NCBI GenBank assembly: GCA_903895725.1
Contig: CAITUV010000019.1
Span: forward strand, 36,368-100,367
Direction: 5' to 3'
DNA: 64,000 bases
Origin: an uncultured Myxococcales bacterium
GTDB lineage: Bacteria > Myxococcota_A > UBA9042 > CAIXZC01
The notes beneath the pieces were generated by a model, which had not been told where the DNA came from, ran no database searches, and saw only the letters and a program-made list of their open reading frames with translations. The translations under genes were made by a program, and so were the position numbers. Shown piece by piece: positions 28,537 to 37,773 of the stretch (positions within the stretch are counted from its first letter, which is position 1; the number at the start of each line of letters is the position of its first letter).

Positions 28537-30384
28537 ATGATGGAACCGAAAGGACCCCGTGACCCAGGCGAACCCACAACCGGGCTCCGTCCATCGTCCT
28601 GGCCGCTTCCGATCTCGTCCACGCCGCTTCAGGGCTCCTCCACGCGGCTCTCGACCGCGTTTCCACCGGTTTCCACCGCCTCCCTGGTGCTCCCGGCTCT
28701 GCTCTTTGCGGCTCTGGCTGCCGCTCTTCGCTTTCCCACCCTGGCGCTCAAGCCCTACTGGATCGCCGAAGTCCAGGAGTTCACCTATGCGTGGCGCGAC
28801 GACACGCTCCGGTTCCTCCCCTTTGCTGCCGGGGACATCATCGGGTTCGCCTGGCAGGAGTGCTGCGCCACCCTGGGGTTGCCACCCGATCCGTTCGTCG
28901 TGCGGGGGCTTTCGGCCATCACGGGATCGCTGTTGCCAGCGGCCCTTTATGTGCTCCTCGCACGCCGGGGCCTGCGGCAGGAAGGAACCGTGGCGGCCCT
29001 TCTCACCGCGTTGAGCCTCCCGCTCCTCGCAGCCTCCCAGGAAGCCCGCTACTACATCGGGATGTCGACGTTCCTGGGCATGGGCATTCTCATCGACGCA
29101 TTTCCCCTCCCCGGCCGCAGGTCGCACCGGCCCTCGGGGCCCGAGTCATCCGCCCCGGCGCCCCTCCTCGGGCTCGTCGACTCACTGGCCCTGCTCTGCC
29201 ACCCGTACGCGCTGTTCTGGATCGCGGTTCGATGGGCGGGACACTTCCCGGTCCGGCCTCCCGCCATCCGGAAGGACTCCCTGGCACCGGGGGGTCCGAC
29301 TGTCCGCAGGTGGCTGCGGTATGGGGTCCCGGTGACCCTGGCGGCCACGGCCCAGGTCGTGCAGATCGCGGCGGCGGCCGGTCGCTTCCGGAACCTTCAT
29401 TCCTGGTTCCGCCTCGAGGAGTACCCGCCGGGGTTCCAGCTCGTTCCGGAGCTTCTCGCGTCGGTGGCCGGGGGAACGGGGTGGCCCCTGTACCTGCTGG
29501 CCGCCCTTGCCGGAATCGGGCTCTTCCTACTCTCCTCCGAAAGGCCGAGGGCTGCGCTCACTCTTCTTCTGGCGTCCTTCGGGGGTCCGGTTCTCGTCAC
29601 CGCGGCCATCTGGCTGGCGGGTGCCCGCTACTCGTTCACTCACATGCTTCCGGCAACGGTGCCCATCTGCGTGGCGGCGGCATTCGGGATTGCGCAACTG
29701 GCCCGCCTGGCTGCCTCCCGGGTTCCCCGATCGACGTTCCGTGTTCCAGCGCTGGCGTTGGCCCTGCTGCTTGCCGCCCAGCCTGCCATGACGGTCGGCC
29801 GCTACCTGGCTCGCAGCACCCGACTGGAGCTGGGGGCGGACATCGCCTCCGCCTGCCGCTTCCTGGGCAGTGAGGCACGGCCCGGAGACGTGGTTGCAAC
29901 CCGCTACGACAAGTACTTCACCGCCTTCGTCCACTACTGTGGCCCGCAGCTGGCCGACGGAGTCGTCGTGGCGGTGCCGGAGATCCCTCAAGACCCGTTC
30001 TTCATCGACTTCAATCACCTCTTCCCGGCCGGCTCGCCTCCGGCGGCGGTGGACAGGACCGTGCTGCTCGAATCGGCGCTTCCCGCTGCGTCCCCCGATG
30101 CGGCGGTCTTCGTCGTGCTCCCCTACTTCGAGGACATCGAGGGGAAGTACAACGAGTGGCACGGCTGGCTCGACGGAGTGGGGGCCTATGGGCCGAGGGT
30201 GGGTCCGTTTCCGTCGGCTTCAATCCACGCGCTCACGCGCTGGGACTACGGCCTGATGCGGATCCTGCGGATCCCGCTCCGTGTCGGGCCGGACGGGCGG
30301 ACCTGGCGCCCGGACCAGGCCCCCGCCAGCGAGCTCGAGACTTGGATCCGGTCGGTCTTCGCTCAGGGGCGGCCGCTGCGTTGA
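28537..30384 (+). CDS. GT-C-like (PMT/ArnT-type) membrane glycosyltransferase
   Basis: ALRF.TL..KPYWIAE, R.LSA..G, SQEARYY, HPY motifs; multiple TMs. Confidence 0.72.
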   Translation: MMEPKGPRDPGEPTTGLRPSSWPLPISSTPLQGSSTRLSTAFPPVSTASLVLPALLFAALAAALRFPTLALKPYWIAEVQEFTYAWRDDTLRFLPFAAGDIIGFAWQECCATLGLPPDPFVVRGLSAITGSLLPAALYVLLARRGLRQEGTVAALLTALSLPLLAASQEARYYIGMSTFLGMGILIDAFPLPGRRSHRPSGPESSAPAPLLGLVDSLALLCHPYALFWIAVRWAGHFPVRPPAIRKDSLAPGGPTVRRWLRYGVPVTLAATAQVVQIAAAAGRFRNLHSWFRLEEYPPGFQLVPELLASVAGGTGWPLYLLAALAGIGLFLLSSERPRAALTLLLASFGGPVLVTAAIWLAGARYSFTHMLPATVPICVAAAFGIAQLARLAASRVPRSTFRVPALALALLLAAQPAMTVGRYLARSTRLELGADIASACRFLGSEARPGDVVATRYDKYFTAFVHYCGPQLADGVVVAVPEIPQDPFFIDFNHLFPAGSPPAAVDRTVLLESALPAASPDAAVFVVLPYFEDIEGKYNEWHGWLDGVGAYGPRVGPFPSASIHALTRWDYGLMRILRIPLRVGPDGRTWRPDQAPASELETWIRSVFAQGRPLR

Positions 30385-30469
30385 CACCACTCCACAACTC
30401 AGCCGCAGTGGGCTACAGGACGATGCTTGGTTGAAGGGCGGCCGCACATCGGTGCGCGGCCTCAGGCGG

Positions 30470-30493
30470 GGCCGCGGTCTTTCGACCGCGGCC
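30470..30493. terminator. GC-rich hairpin between convergent genes
   Basis: GGCCGCGGTC-TTTC-GACCGCGGCC perfect 10-bp stem. Confidence 0.6.
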
Positions 30494-30521
30494 GCCGGAG
30501 AGCCTGGGGACTACGCCTCGC

Positions 30522-30614
30522 CTACTTCTTGTTCTTGTGACGCGCCAGCTTTCTTCGCTTCCGGTACTTGTGCTTCGAGATCTTCCGGCGCCGCCACTTC
30601 TTTACGCTCCCCAT
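30522..30614 (-). CDS. 30-aa basic protein, bS22/AURKAIP1/COX24 family (not in ORF track)
   Basis: MGSVKKWRRRKISKHKYRKRRKLARHKNKK; GGAGGAG RBS. Confidence 0.88.
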   Translation of the reverse strand: MGSVKKWRRRKISKHKYRKRRKLARHKNKK

Positions 30615-30745
30615 CGACTCCTCCGCGACACGCTCGATTCCATGTTCAGGCCGGCTGGCGGGATCCGTCGATCAGCCGCTCCGGCGGGTTGTGAACCTAC
30701 TCGTTTCCCGTCCGACTGTAAAGGTCTTTTTTCGTCCGGACCGGT

Positions 30746-32041
30746 CTAGAACCAGTTCTTCGTGTTGGTGGGATCGAAGTCCCGCTCGACCGGGGCCTGG
30801 GCTTCCTGCATCATGCCGTGGCCACCGGCGGGGACCATCTCATGCCGGGGGATGGGAGGAGGCATGGACTGATCGTACGTGCGGACCGGGACCTTGTCCT
30901 TGGCCAGCATGTTCCGGTTGGCCGGCTGGGCGGTCTCCTGGGTCATCCGCTGCGGTCCGAGCATCCCCGTCTGCCGCTTCTCGGTCCAGTGCCGACCGGG
31001 GGCAGCCGTGTCCCCATCCATCGGCATCTCGGACTCGCCCCGGATATCCAGCTTGCGGGCCGTCTCCTTCTCCATGTCGAAGCCTGTGGCGATGATAGTC
31101 ACCTTGACCCGGTCGGTCAGGGTCTGGTCCACCACGCACCCCATGATGATTTCGGCATTCGGGTCCGCAGCCTTCTGGATGAGCTGCATCGCCTGGTTGA
31201 TCTCCTGGATCTTGAGGTCCTGGCCGCCGCTGATGTTGACCAGCACGCCCGTGGCACCGATGATGCTCGTCTCCTCGAGCAGAGACGAGGTCATGGCCCG
31301 CTGGGCTGCCTCGGCCGCACGCCCTTCGCCGGAAGCCTCGCCCATCCCCATGATCGCCTTGCCCTTGCCCTTCATGATCCGCTTGGCGTCGGCAAAGTCG
31401 ACGTTGATGAGGCCGGGCACCACGATGAGGTCGGAGATGCTGCGGACCGCATCCCGGAGCACGCCGTCCGCCAGCTTGAACGCGTCCAGCACGCCCAGGG
31501 GTTCGTTGGAGATGTCGAGCAGCCGGTCGTTCGGGATCACGATGAGGGAGTCGACGGCCTTGGCCAGCTCACGGATGCCCATGTCCGCGTTGCGCTGCCT
31601 CGGAACCCCCTCGAACGTGAAGGGACGAGTCACCACGCCGACGGTCAGCGCACCGGCCTCCCGGGCCACCTGGGCAATCACCGGGGCCGATCCGGTCCCC
31701 GTTCCACCGCCCATTCCGGCCGTCACGAACACCATGTCGCATCCCTTCACCAGCTCCGCGATCTGCGTCTTGTCCTCGAGGGCCGCCTCCCGCCCCTTGG
31801 TGGGGTCTGCTCCGGCGCCAAGGCCGCGCGTCGCCTGCTTGCCGAGCTGGATCGTCACGTCCGCCCGGCTGTCCTTGAGTGCCTGGCAGTCGGTGTTGGC
31901 CGCGACGAACATGGTGCCGTTGAGCCCGGCTGCCACCATGTTGTTCACCGCGTTTCCACCGCCGCCACCGGCCCCCACGACCAGGATGCGCGCCCGGTTC
32001 TTTTCCGCCTGCCCCATCTCGTCCATTCGAATCGTAACCAT
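30746..32041 (-). CDS. ftsZ: Cell division protein FtsZ
   Basis: GGGGGNAVNNM, GMGGGTGTG, INVDFAD. Confidence 0.98.
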   Translation of the reverse strand: MVTIRMDEMGQAEKNRARILVVGAGGGGGNAVNNMVAAGLNGTMFVAANTDCQALKDSRADVTIQLGKQATRGLGAGADPTKGREAALEDKTQIAELVKGCDMVFVTAGMGGGTGTGSAPVIAQVAREAGALTVGVVTRPFTFEGVPRQRNADMGIRELAKAVDSLIVIPNDRLLDISNEPLGVLDAFKLADGVLRDAVRSISDLIVVPGLINVDFADAKRIMKGKGKAIMGMGEASGEGRAAEAAQRAMTSSLLEETSIIGATGVLVNISGGQDLKIQEINQAMQLIQKAADPNAEIIMGCVVDQTLTDRVKVTIIATGFDMEKETARKLDIRGESEMPMDGDTAAPGRHWTEKRQTGMLGPQRMTQETAQPANRNMLAKDKVPVRTYDQSMPPPIPRHEMVPAGGHGMMQEAQAPVERDFDPTNTKNWF

Positions 32042-32109
32042 CGCTCTTCCTCCTTGCCTGTCTTTGGACCTCGGTCCCGTTTTCAGTTCCGCTCTAGTGC
32101 TCCGCTATA

Positions 32110-33375
32110 TCAATGAGAAACAAACGCATCTTCCAACCACTTCCGGAACTTCCCCCACCAGCCATCGCTTCCCCGCTCCGACGTTCGGTGCGACGATGCC
32201 ACCGCCTCGGTGGGGCGCTCGCGGGCCACGTTGAGCACCATGCCCAGGGCCACCGCATAGCTGGGGTCCGTGACCGCACTGGTCACGCCGCCCACCGTGC
32301 TGTCCAGGTTCACCACGTCGCCGACCCGGGCGTTGACGCCGAGGATCTCGTGGGCCAGCTCGTCGATCTGCGGAATGAGCGCTGTGCCGCCGGTCAGCAC
32401 GATCCCGGCCGGGACGAACTCCTGGTGACCTGCCTCGCGGATGCGCGTGCCGATGGTCGTGAAGATCTCCTCCAGCGTCGGCTCGATGACCTCGCCCAGG
32501 AGCGCCCGCTTGATCTCGGCATCCTGCTTGCGAACCCCGACGGTCGGGACCCGGATGACTTCGTCGTCCCCGGGGGCCGAGGCCTTGGCGATGGCATGCT
32601 TCAGCTTGATCGCCTCGGCCTCCGCACGGGGAGTCCTCAGTGCCACGGCAAGCTCGTCCGAGATCTGCTTGCCGCCGATGTTGACCACACCGCTCTGGAT
32701 CACGCTGCCGTTGTGCCACACCACGAAGTCGGTCGTGCCTGCTCCGATGTCCGCCAGGATCACGCCCAGCTCCTTCTCCTGCTCGAGGAGGATGACTTCG
32801 GACACGGCCAGGGCGGAGAAGACGAGCCCCGACACCCGGATGCCCTCCCGATTGCAGCAGGTGATGATGTTGTCCATGGCCGCTCGGGCCGCAGTGATCA
32901 TGTGCACCCGAGTCTCCAGCCGCACCCCGGCGATGCCGAGAGGGCTCTGGAGACCGGGATTGTCGTCCACGGAAAACTCGATCGGAAGCACGTGGACGTA
33001 CCCGCGCCCCTCCTCGAGCTTGCACGTGCGTGCCTGCTGCAGGCAGCGCTGCACGTCGTCCGGCTTCACTTCGTTGTTCTTCACGCTCACCATGCCCTGC
33101 TGGTTGCGCGAAGCGATGTGACTGCCGGTGATGGAGCAGTAGGCCTCCGAGACTTCCCGGCCGCTCATCAGCTCCGCAGCTTCGACTGCGCTTCGAATGG
33201 CACCGACCGTGCTGTCGATGTTAATGACGACCCCTCGCTTGAGCCCGGTGGATCGAGCCTTGCCGACACCGATGATGTCGATGCCCGCCTCGGTACGCTC
33301 CGCGATGACGCAACGTACCCACTCGGTCCCGATGTCGATCGCCGTGATCAGGTCGCTCTTTCTGCCTCTCGCCAT
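32110..33375 (-). CDS. ftsA: Cell division protein FtsA
   Basis: IDIGT, DIGAGTTD, IVLTGGTA, C-terminal amphipathic WWGKFRKWL. Confidence 0.97.
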   Translation of the reverse strand: MARGRKSDLITAIDIGTEWVRCVIAERTEAGIDIIGVGKARSTGLKRGVVINIDSTVGAIRSAVEAAELMSGREVSEAYCSITGSHIASRNQQGMVSVKNNEVKPDDVQRCLQQARTCKLEEGRGYVHVLPIEFSVDDNPGLQSPLGIAGVRLETRVHMITAARAAMDNIITCCNREGIRVSGLVFSALAVSEVILLEQEKELGVILADIGAGTTDFVVWHNGSVIQSGVVNIGGKQISDELAVALRTPRAEAEAIKLKHAIAKASAPGDDEVIRVPTVGVRKQDAEIKRALLGEVIEPTLEEIFTTIGTRIREAGHQEFVPAGIVLTGGTALIPQIDELAHEILGVNARVGDVVNLDSTVGGVTSAVTDPSYAVALGMVLNVARERPTEAVASSHRTSERGSDGWWGKFRKWLEDAFVSH

Positions 33376-33420
33376 GTGCTCCTCCTCCGTATCTAGACCG
33401 TCATTCAGTTCCGCTTGTCC

Positions 33421-34395
33421 TCAGGGCATCATCCCGGTGGCACCGGCGGCCGGGGCCGCCAGGATGCGCGGCACGCTTTCGAGCTCGACATGAGCGCCGG
33501 CGACTGCCACCTTCTCCGGGTACTTCTCGTTGTCCAGCGACACGACCTCGAGCGGGGACCGCCGCCCGGCCAGATCGGCCAGCACGACTTCCAGGCGCCC
33601 CAGCTTGGCCGTGTAATCGCCAAACCCCATCTCAAACCGTTCGCCTCCGGCACACACGAGGGTGTACCCGAAGCGCTCGTCATACCCCGCCTCCACGACC
33701 TTGTAGTACCGGTCGAGACCCCGATCCCGGTACCGCTTCACGATTCCCAGCGCCTCGCCGACGATCTCCCGCGCCCGGCGCTCGTCCCCGGCATCGATCC
33801 GCTTTCGGGCTTCCACGCCCGAAATCACCAGCAGGTCCGAGGTCAGCTCTCGGGGCTCCAGCTCCTTGAACACGTAACCGGCCTGGTCCACGAGGTAGCT
33901 CCCCTCCTCCACCAGCACGGCGGCAACGACTCGCTCCTTGACCCGGATCACGAGCCGGTCCGGAAGCTCCCGCTCCACGTCCACCGTCTCGGCCCAGGGG
34001 AGATACCGGAGCCGCTCGGTCACCAGATCCTCGTCGATGGACAGCACGTTCTCGCCCACCTGCACGCCGGATGCGGCGACGACCTCCTCGGTCGTCATCC
34101 GGGAATTCCCTTCCACCACGACCTCGCTGAGTGCGAAGTACGGCGAGGTCAAGAGCTTCACGTAGGCGAAGTAGCCCAGTGCCGGAATGCCGGCTGCCAG
34201 GGTTGCCACCAGCAGGTAGGGAAGCAGTCGGAATGCCGCTCCCCCGATGTCCGGAAGGCTTCCTGCGACCGACCGCGACCGCACGGTCCGACGCCGGCTC
34301 CGGGTGCGGAGCTCGGGCGGCAGGAACGTCGAGGACGAAGTGGCCACGTAGCGCTGCGGCTTTCGCGACAACAGGAACTTGCGAAGTGCCTTCAT
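33421..34395 (-). CDS. ftsQ: Cell division protein FtsQ/DivIB
   Basis: Single TM, POTRA domain (V.VEGN...LPW...V.RELPD.L.I.V.ER); position before ftsA. Confidence 0.9.
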   Translation of the reverse strand: MKALRKFLLSRKPQRYVATSSSTFLPPELRTRSRRRTVRSRSVAGSLPDIGGAAFRLLPYLLVATLAAGIPALGYFAYVKLLTSPYFALSEVVVEGNSRMTTEEVVAASGVQVGENVLSIDEDLVTERLRYLPWAETVDVERELPDRLVIRVKERVVAAVLVEEGSYLVDQAGYVFKELEPRELTSDLLVISGVEARKRIDAGDERRAREIVGEALGIVKRYRDRGLDRYYKVVEAGYDERFGYTLVCAGGERFEMGFGDYTAKLGRLEVVLADLAGRRSPLEVVSLDNEKYPEKVAVAGAHVELESVPRILAAPAAGATGMMP

Positions 34396-35462
34396 GCCTT
34401 CCCCCTGGCCACGTCGAGGACCCGGGCCGCAGCGTCGCACACGCCCAGCCCGGCGCTGGCTACTTCCATGGCCGCCAGCGCAGCCCGGTCCTTCCGGAGT
34501 CTTTCCAGCTCGTCCAGCAGCCGGTCCTCGTTGAACGAGGCCTGCTCGAACACCAGACCACCGCCGGTCCGCTCCATCTCCCGGGCATTGGCGAGCTGGT
34601 GGTTGTCCGTCGCAAACGGGAACGGGATCAGAATCGCCGGAACGCCCACCGCAGTGAGCTCCGCAATGGTCGTGGCACCGGCCCGGCCCACGACGATCGA
34701 GGCCGCCGCAAGCTGGGAAGCCATGTCCTCCACGTACTCCAGGATCTCCACCCGCGGAGCCCCGGCATAGGCTGCCTCGACCTCGGCCAGCCGACCTTCT
34801 CCGGCCTGATGGACCACCGTCACGTCCGGGTGACGGTGCACGAAATCCGCCAACCCCCGGGCCACCGTCGTGTTCAGGAACTGGGCCCCCTGAGAGCCGC
34901 CCAGAACCAGGACCCGGAACTGCTCCGCACTCGGCTTGCGAAGGCCGCGGGCGGCAGCAATCTCCGTGCGCACGGGGTTGCCCGTCAACACCACCTTCCA
35001 CGCAGGGAAGTATCCCGAGCTCATGGGGAACGACACACACACCTTGCGCACGACCTTGGACAGGAACCGGTTCGTGCTCCCCGGAATCGTGTTCTGCTCG
35101 CACAGAACCGTGGGAATCCCCATGCCGGCGGCAGCGATCATGGCCGGAGCGGATGCATACCCCCCGAGCCCCAGCACCACATCCGCCCGGAATTCCTTGA
35201 GGATCCGGGCCGCCATCGGCAGCGACACGCCCAGGCACGCCAGCCCTTTCATCTGCGCAGGCAGCGACATCCCCCGCATCCGCTCGAGCGGCAGGAGCCG
35301 GATGTCGAACCCGTGGGCCGGCACGAGAGTCCCTTCCAGCCCCCGGGCCGCGCCGACGAACAGGATGGCCTCGGCCGCCGCCTGAGCCATGGCTGCCTGC
35401 GCAACCGCCAATGCCGGATAGATGTGCCCGCCGGTCCCACCGGCCGTCACCACGAGCCTCAT
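34392..35462 (-). CDS. murG: Lipid II GlcNAc transferase MurG
   Basis: AGGTGGHIYPA, GGYAS, EQN, GNPVR, GGSQGA, RAGATT. Confidence 0.97.
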   Translation of the reverse strand: MRLVVTAGGTGGHIYPALAVAQAAMAQAAAEAILFVGAARGLEGTLVPAHGFDIRLLPLERMRGMSLPAQMKGLACLGVSLPMAARILKEFRADVVLGLGGYASAPAMIAAAGMGIPTVLCEQNTIPGSTNRFLSKVVRKVCVSFPMSSGYFPAWKVVLTGNPVRTEIAAARGLRKPSAEQFRVLVLGGSQGAQFLNTTVARGLADFVHRHPDVTVVHQAGEGRLAEVEAAYAGAPRVEILEYVEDMASQLAAASIVVGRAGATTIAELTAVGVPAILIPFPFATDNHQLANAREMERTGGGLVFEQASFNEDRLLDELERLRKDRAALAAMEVASAGLGVCDAAARVLDVARGKA

Positions 35463-36655
35463 GGCGTCTCCTTCACGAACACCTGTACGCTGCCCGCCTC
35501 CAGCGCCACCCCGGCCTCCGCTTTCTCCAGGCGAGGGAAGGTCCTCGACGCGTTGAGCAAAACGCCCACGCACGCGGCCATCACGACCATGCTCGAGCCG
35601 CCCAGGCTCACGAACGGAAGCGTCAGCCCCTTGGTCGGAAGAGTGCCGGTCGCCACGCCGATGTTGATCCCGGCCTGCATCACGACCAGCAGCGTGACGC
35701 CGAACACCGTGTGCCGGGCGAACCGGTTCTTCAGCTCCGTGGCCAGCTTGAGCCCCCGCCACAGGATGAACCCGAACAGCGCCAGCACGATGAAGCAGCC
35801 CACCATCCCCAGCTCCTCTCCGATCACGCTGAAGATGAAGTCGGTCTCGGCCTCGGGCACGTACCCCGCGATGTTCTGCTGCCCCCCTCCGAGCCCCGAC
35901 CCGAACAGCCCGCCCGACGCGATGCTGATCTTTGAGTTTACGAGCTGGTATCCCTCACCGTCCGCGAACTGTTCCGGGTTGAGCCATGCCGACACCCGGT
36001 TGAGCTTCTCGGGGTCGAACGCCAGCACCGTGGTCGCCATGATCGCGCCCACGAGCCCCAGTGCCCCGATGTGCTTCCACGGCACGCCGGCCACGAACAG
36101 CACCGCCATCAGCACGGACAGGAGGATGATGCAGGAGCCCAGGTCCGGCTGCGCCAGGTAGAGCGCCACCAGCAGCATGGCCACCATCAGGTGAGGGAGG
36201 GCGCCCAGCTTGAAGTCCAGGATCCGGTGCTCCCGGAACGACAGGGAATGGCTCACCCACACCACGAAGGCCAGCTTCACCAGCTCGCCCGGCTGAACCC
36301 AGATGCTTCCGAACTGGAACCAGCGGACGGCCCCGAGGTGCTCCTTGCCGAAAAGCAGCACCAGGATCATGGCGGCAAAGCTGCCGATGAGTGCCGGCCA
36401 GGCCAGCTTCTGGAGCCACCGGAACGGGATGAACGTGGCGGCAGCCATCGTCAGGAGCCCGAAAGCCACGAACAGGAACTGCCGCTCGAGGTAGTACATC
36501 GAGTTGCCGCCGGTCTTCTTGAGCATCTCCGGCGTCACCATGAGGTAGGCCGTCGCACTGTACACCATCACCAGGCCGATCCCCATCAGCAGCATGGTAC
36601 CGAGCAGCACGCCGTGCTCGAACTTCACACGCCCTTCCACCAGCTCCCGGTTCAT
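35459..36655 (-). CDS. ftsW: SEDS protein FtsW
   Basis: GLVMVYSA, QPGELVK, QPDLG, GYQ, PEAETDFIFSVIGEELG, LPTKGLTLPFVSLGGSS. Confidence 0.96.
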   Translation of the reverse strand: MNRELVEGRVKFEHGVLLGTMLLMGIGLVMVYSATAYLMVTPEMLKKTGGNSMYYLERQFLFVAFGLLTMAAATFIPFRWLQKLAWPALIGSFAAMILVLLFGKEHLGAVRWFQFGSIWVQPGELVKLAFVVWVSHSLSFREHRILDFKLGALPHLMVAMLLVALYLAQPDLGSCIILLSVLMAVLFVAGVPWKHIGALGLVGAIMATTVLAFDPEKLNRVSAWLNPEQFADGEGYQLVNSKISIASGGLFGSGLGGGQQNIAGYVPEAETDFIFSVIGEELGMVGCFIVLALFGFILWRGLKLATELKNRFARHTVFGVTLLVVMQAGINIGVATGTLPTKGLTLPFVSLGGSSMVVMAACVGVLLNASRTFPRLEKAEAGVALEAGSVQVFVKETP

Positions 36656-36660
36656 CGCCG

Positions 36661-37773
36661 CTACCTCACCTTGATCGATGCCAGTGCCACCAGGCCGAGC
36701 AGGATGGAGATGATCCAGAACCTCGTGATGATCTTCGGCTCCGGATAACCCTTCAGCTCGAAATGATGGTGGATCGGCGCCATGCGGAACACCCGCTTCC
36801 CGGTCAGCTTGTACGATACCGTCTGCGTGATCACCGATACCGCTTCCAGCACGAACACGCCCAGGATGATCACGCTGAGCAGCTCGTTCTTCGTGAACAC
36901 GGCCACGCACCCGAGCAGCCCGCCCAGCGCCAGGGCCCCCACGTCGCCCATGAAGATTGAAGCCGGGTACGCGTTGTACCAGAGGAACCCGAGCCCCGCT
37001 CCGATGACCGCCGAGCAGACCACGGTCAGCTCCTCGGCCCCCGGGATCACCGGCAGCAACAGGTACTTGACCAGCCTGGCCTTCACCAGCGTACCGCCAC
37101 TGAGATAGGCGAACACCAGGAACACCCCCGACGACGAGATGGTCGGGAAGATCGCCAGCCCGTCCAGGCCGTCCGTCAGGTTCACCGCATTGGATGCACC
37201 CACGATCACGATCGAGGCGAAGATCAGGTACGCCCACTCCGGGATGTCCTGGTAGTAGCGGTCGATCCTCAGGTAGGGGAAGTAGACTCTCGACGGGTAC
37301 CCCACCTCAGGAGCCAGCACGTAGAAGAAGAGCGCCATCGTACCCAGCGCCAGGGTAAACTGCCAGAACAGCTTGGTCTTGCCCCGCACCCCCTTGCCGC
37401 CGCCACGCACCAGCTTGAGCCAGTCGTCCATGAAGCCGAGCACGGCGTAGCCCGCAGTGATGGCCATGGTCATCAGCACGTACACGTTGCGGATGTCGGC
37501 CCACAGTGCCACCGACACCAGGATGGCCACGATCATCAGGGCACCGCCCATGGTCGGCGTGCCTGCCTTCTTGAGGTGATCCTGCGGCCCGTCCTCCCGG
37601 ATCGTCTGCCCGATCTGCCGGAACCGGAGGACCCGGATGAACCACGGGTACAACAGCCAGGTGATCATCAGGCTGGTGACCACCGCGGCAATGGCCCGGA
37701 ACGGGACGTACCGCAGGACGTTCATCCCGCTGCTGATGTGCTCGCGCAACCATTCGTGGAGGAGATAGAGCAT
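36661..37773 (-). CDS. mraY: Phospho-MurNAc-pentapeptide translocase
   Basis: KAGTPTMGG, SNAVNLTDGLDGLA, FMGDVG, MAPIHHHFE. Confidence 0.98.
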   Translation of the reverse strand: MLYLLHEWLREHISSGMNVLRYVPFRAIAAVVTSLMITWLLYPWFIRVLRFRQIGQTIREDGPQDHLKKAGTPTMGGALMIVAILVSVALWADIRNVYVLMTMAITAGYAVLGFMDDWLKLVRGGGKGVRGKTKLFWQFTLALGTMALFFYVLAPEVGYPSRVYFPYLRIDRYYQDIPEWAYLIFASIVIVGASNAVNLTDGLDGLAIFPTISSSGVFLVFAYLSGGTLVKARLVKYLLLPVIPGAEELTVVCSAVIGAGLGFLWYNAYPASIFMGDVGALALGGLLGCVAVFTKNELLSVIILGVFVLEAVSVITQTVSYKLTGKRVFRMAPIHHHFELKGYPEPKIITRFWIISILLGLVALASIKVR

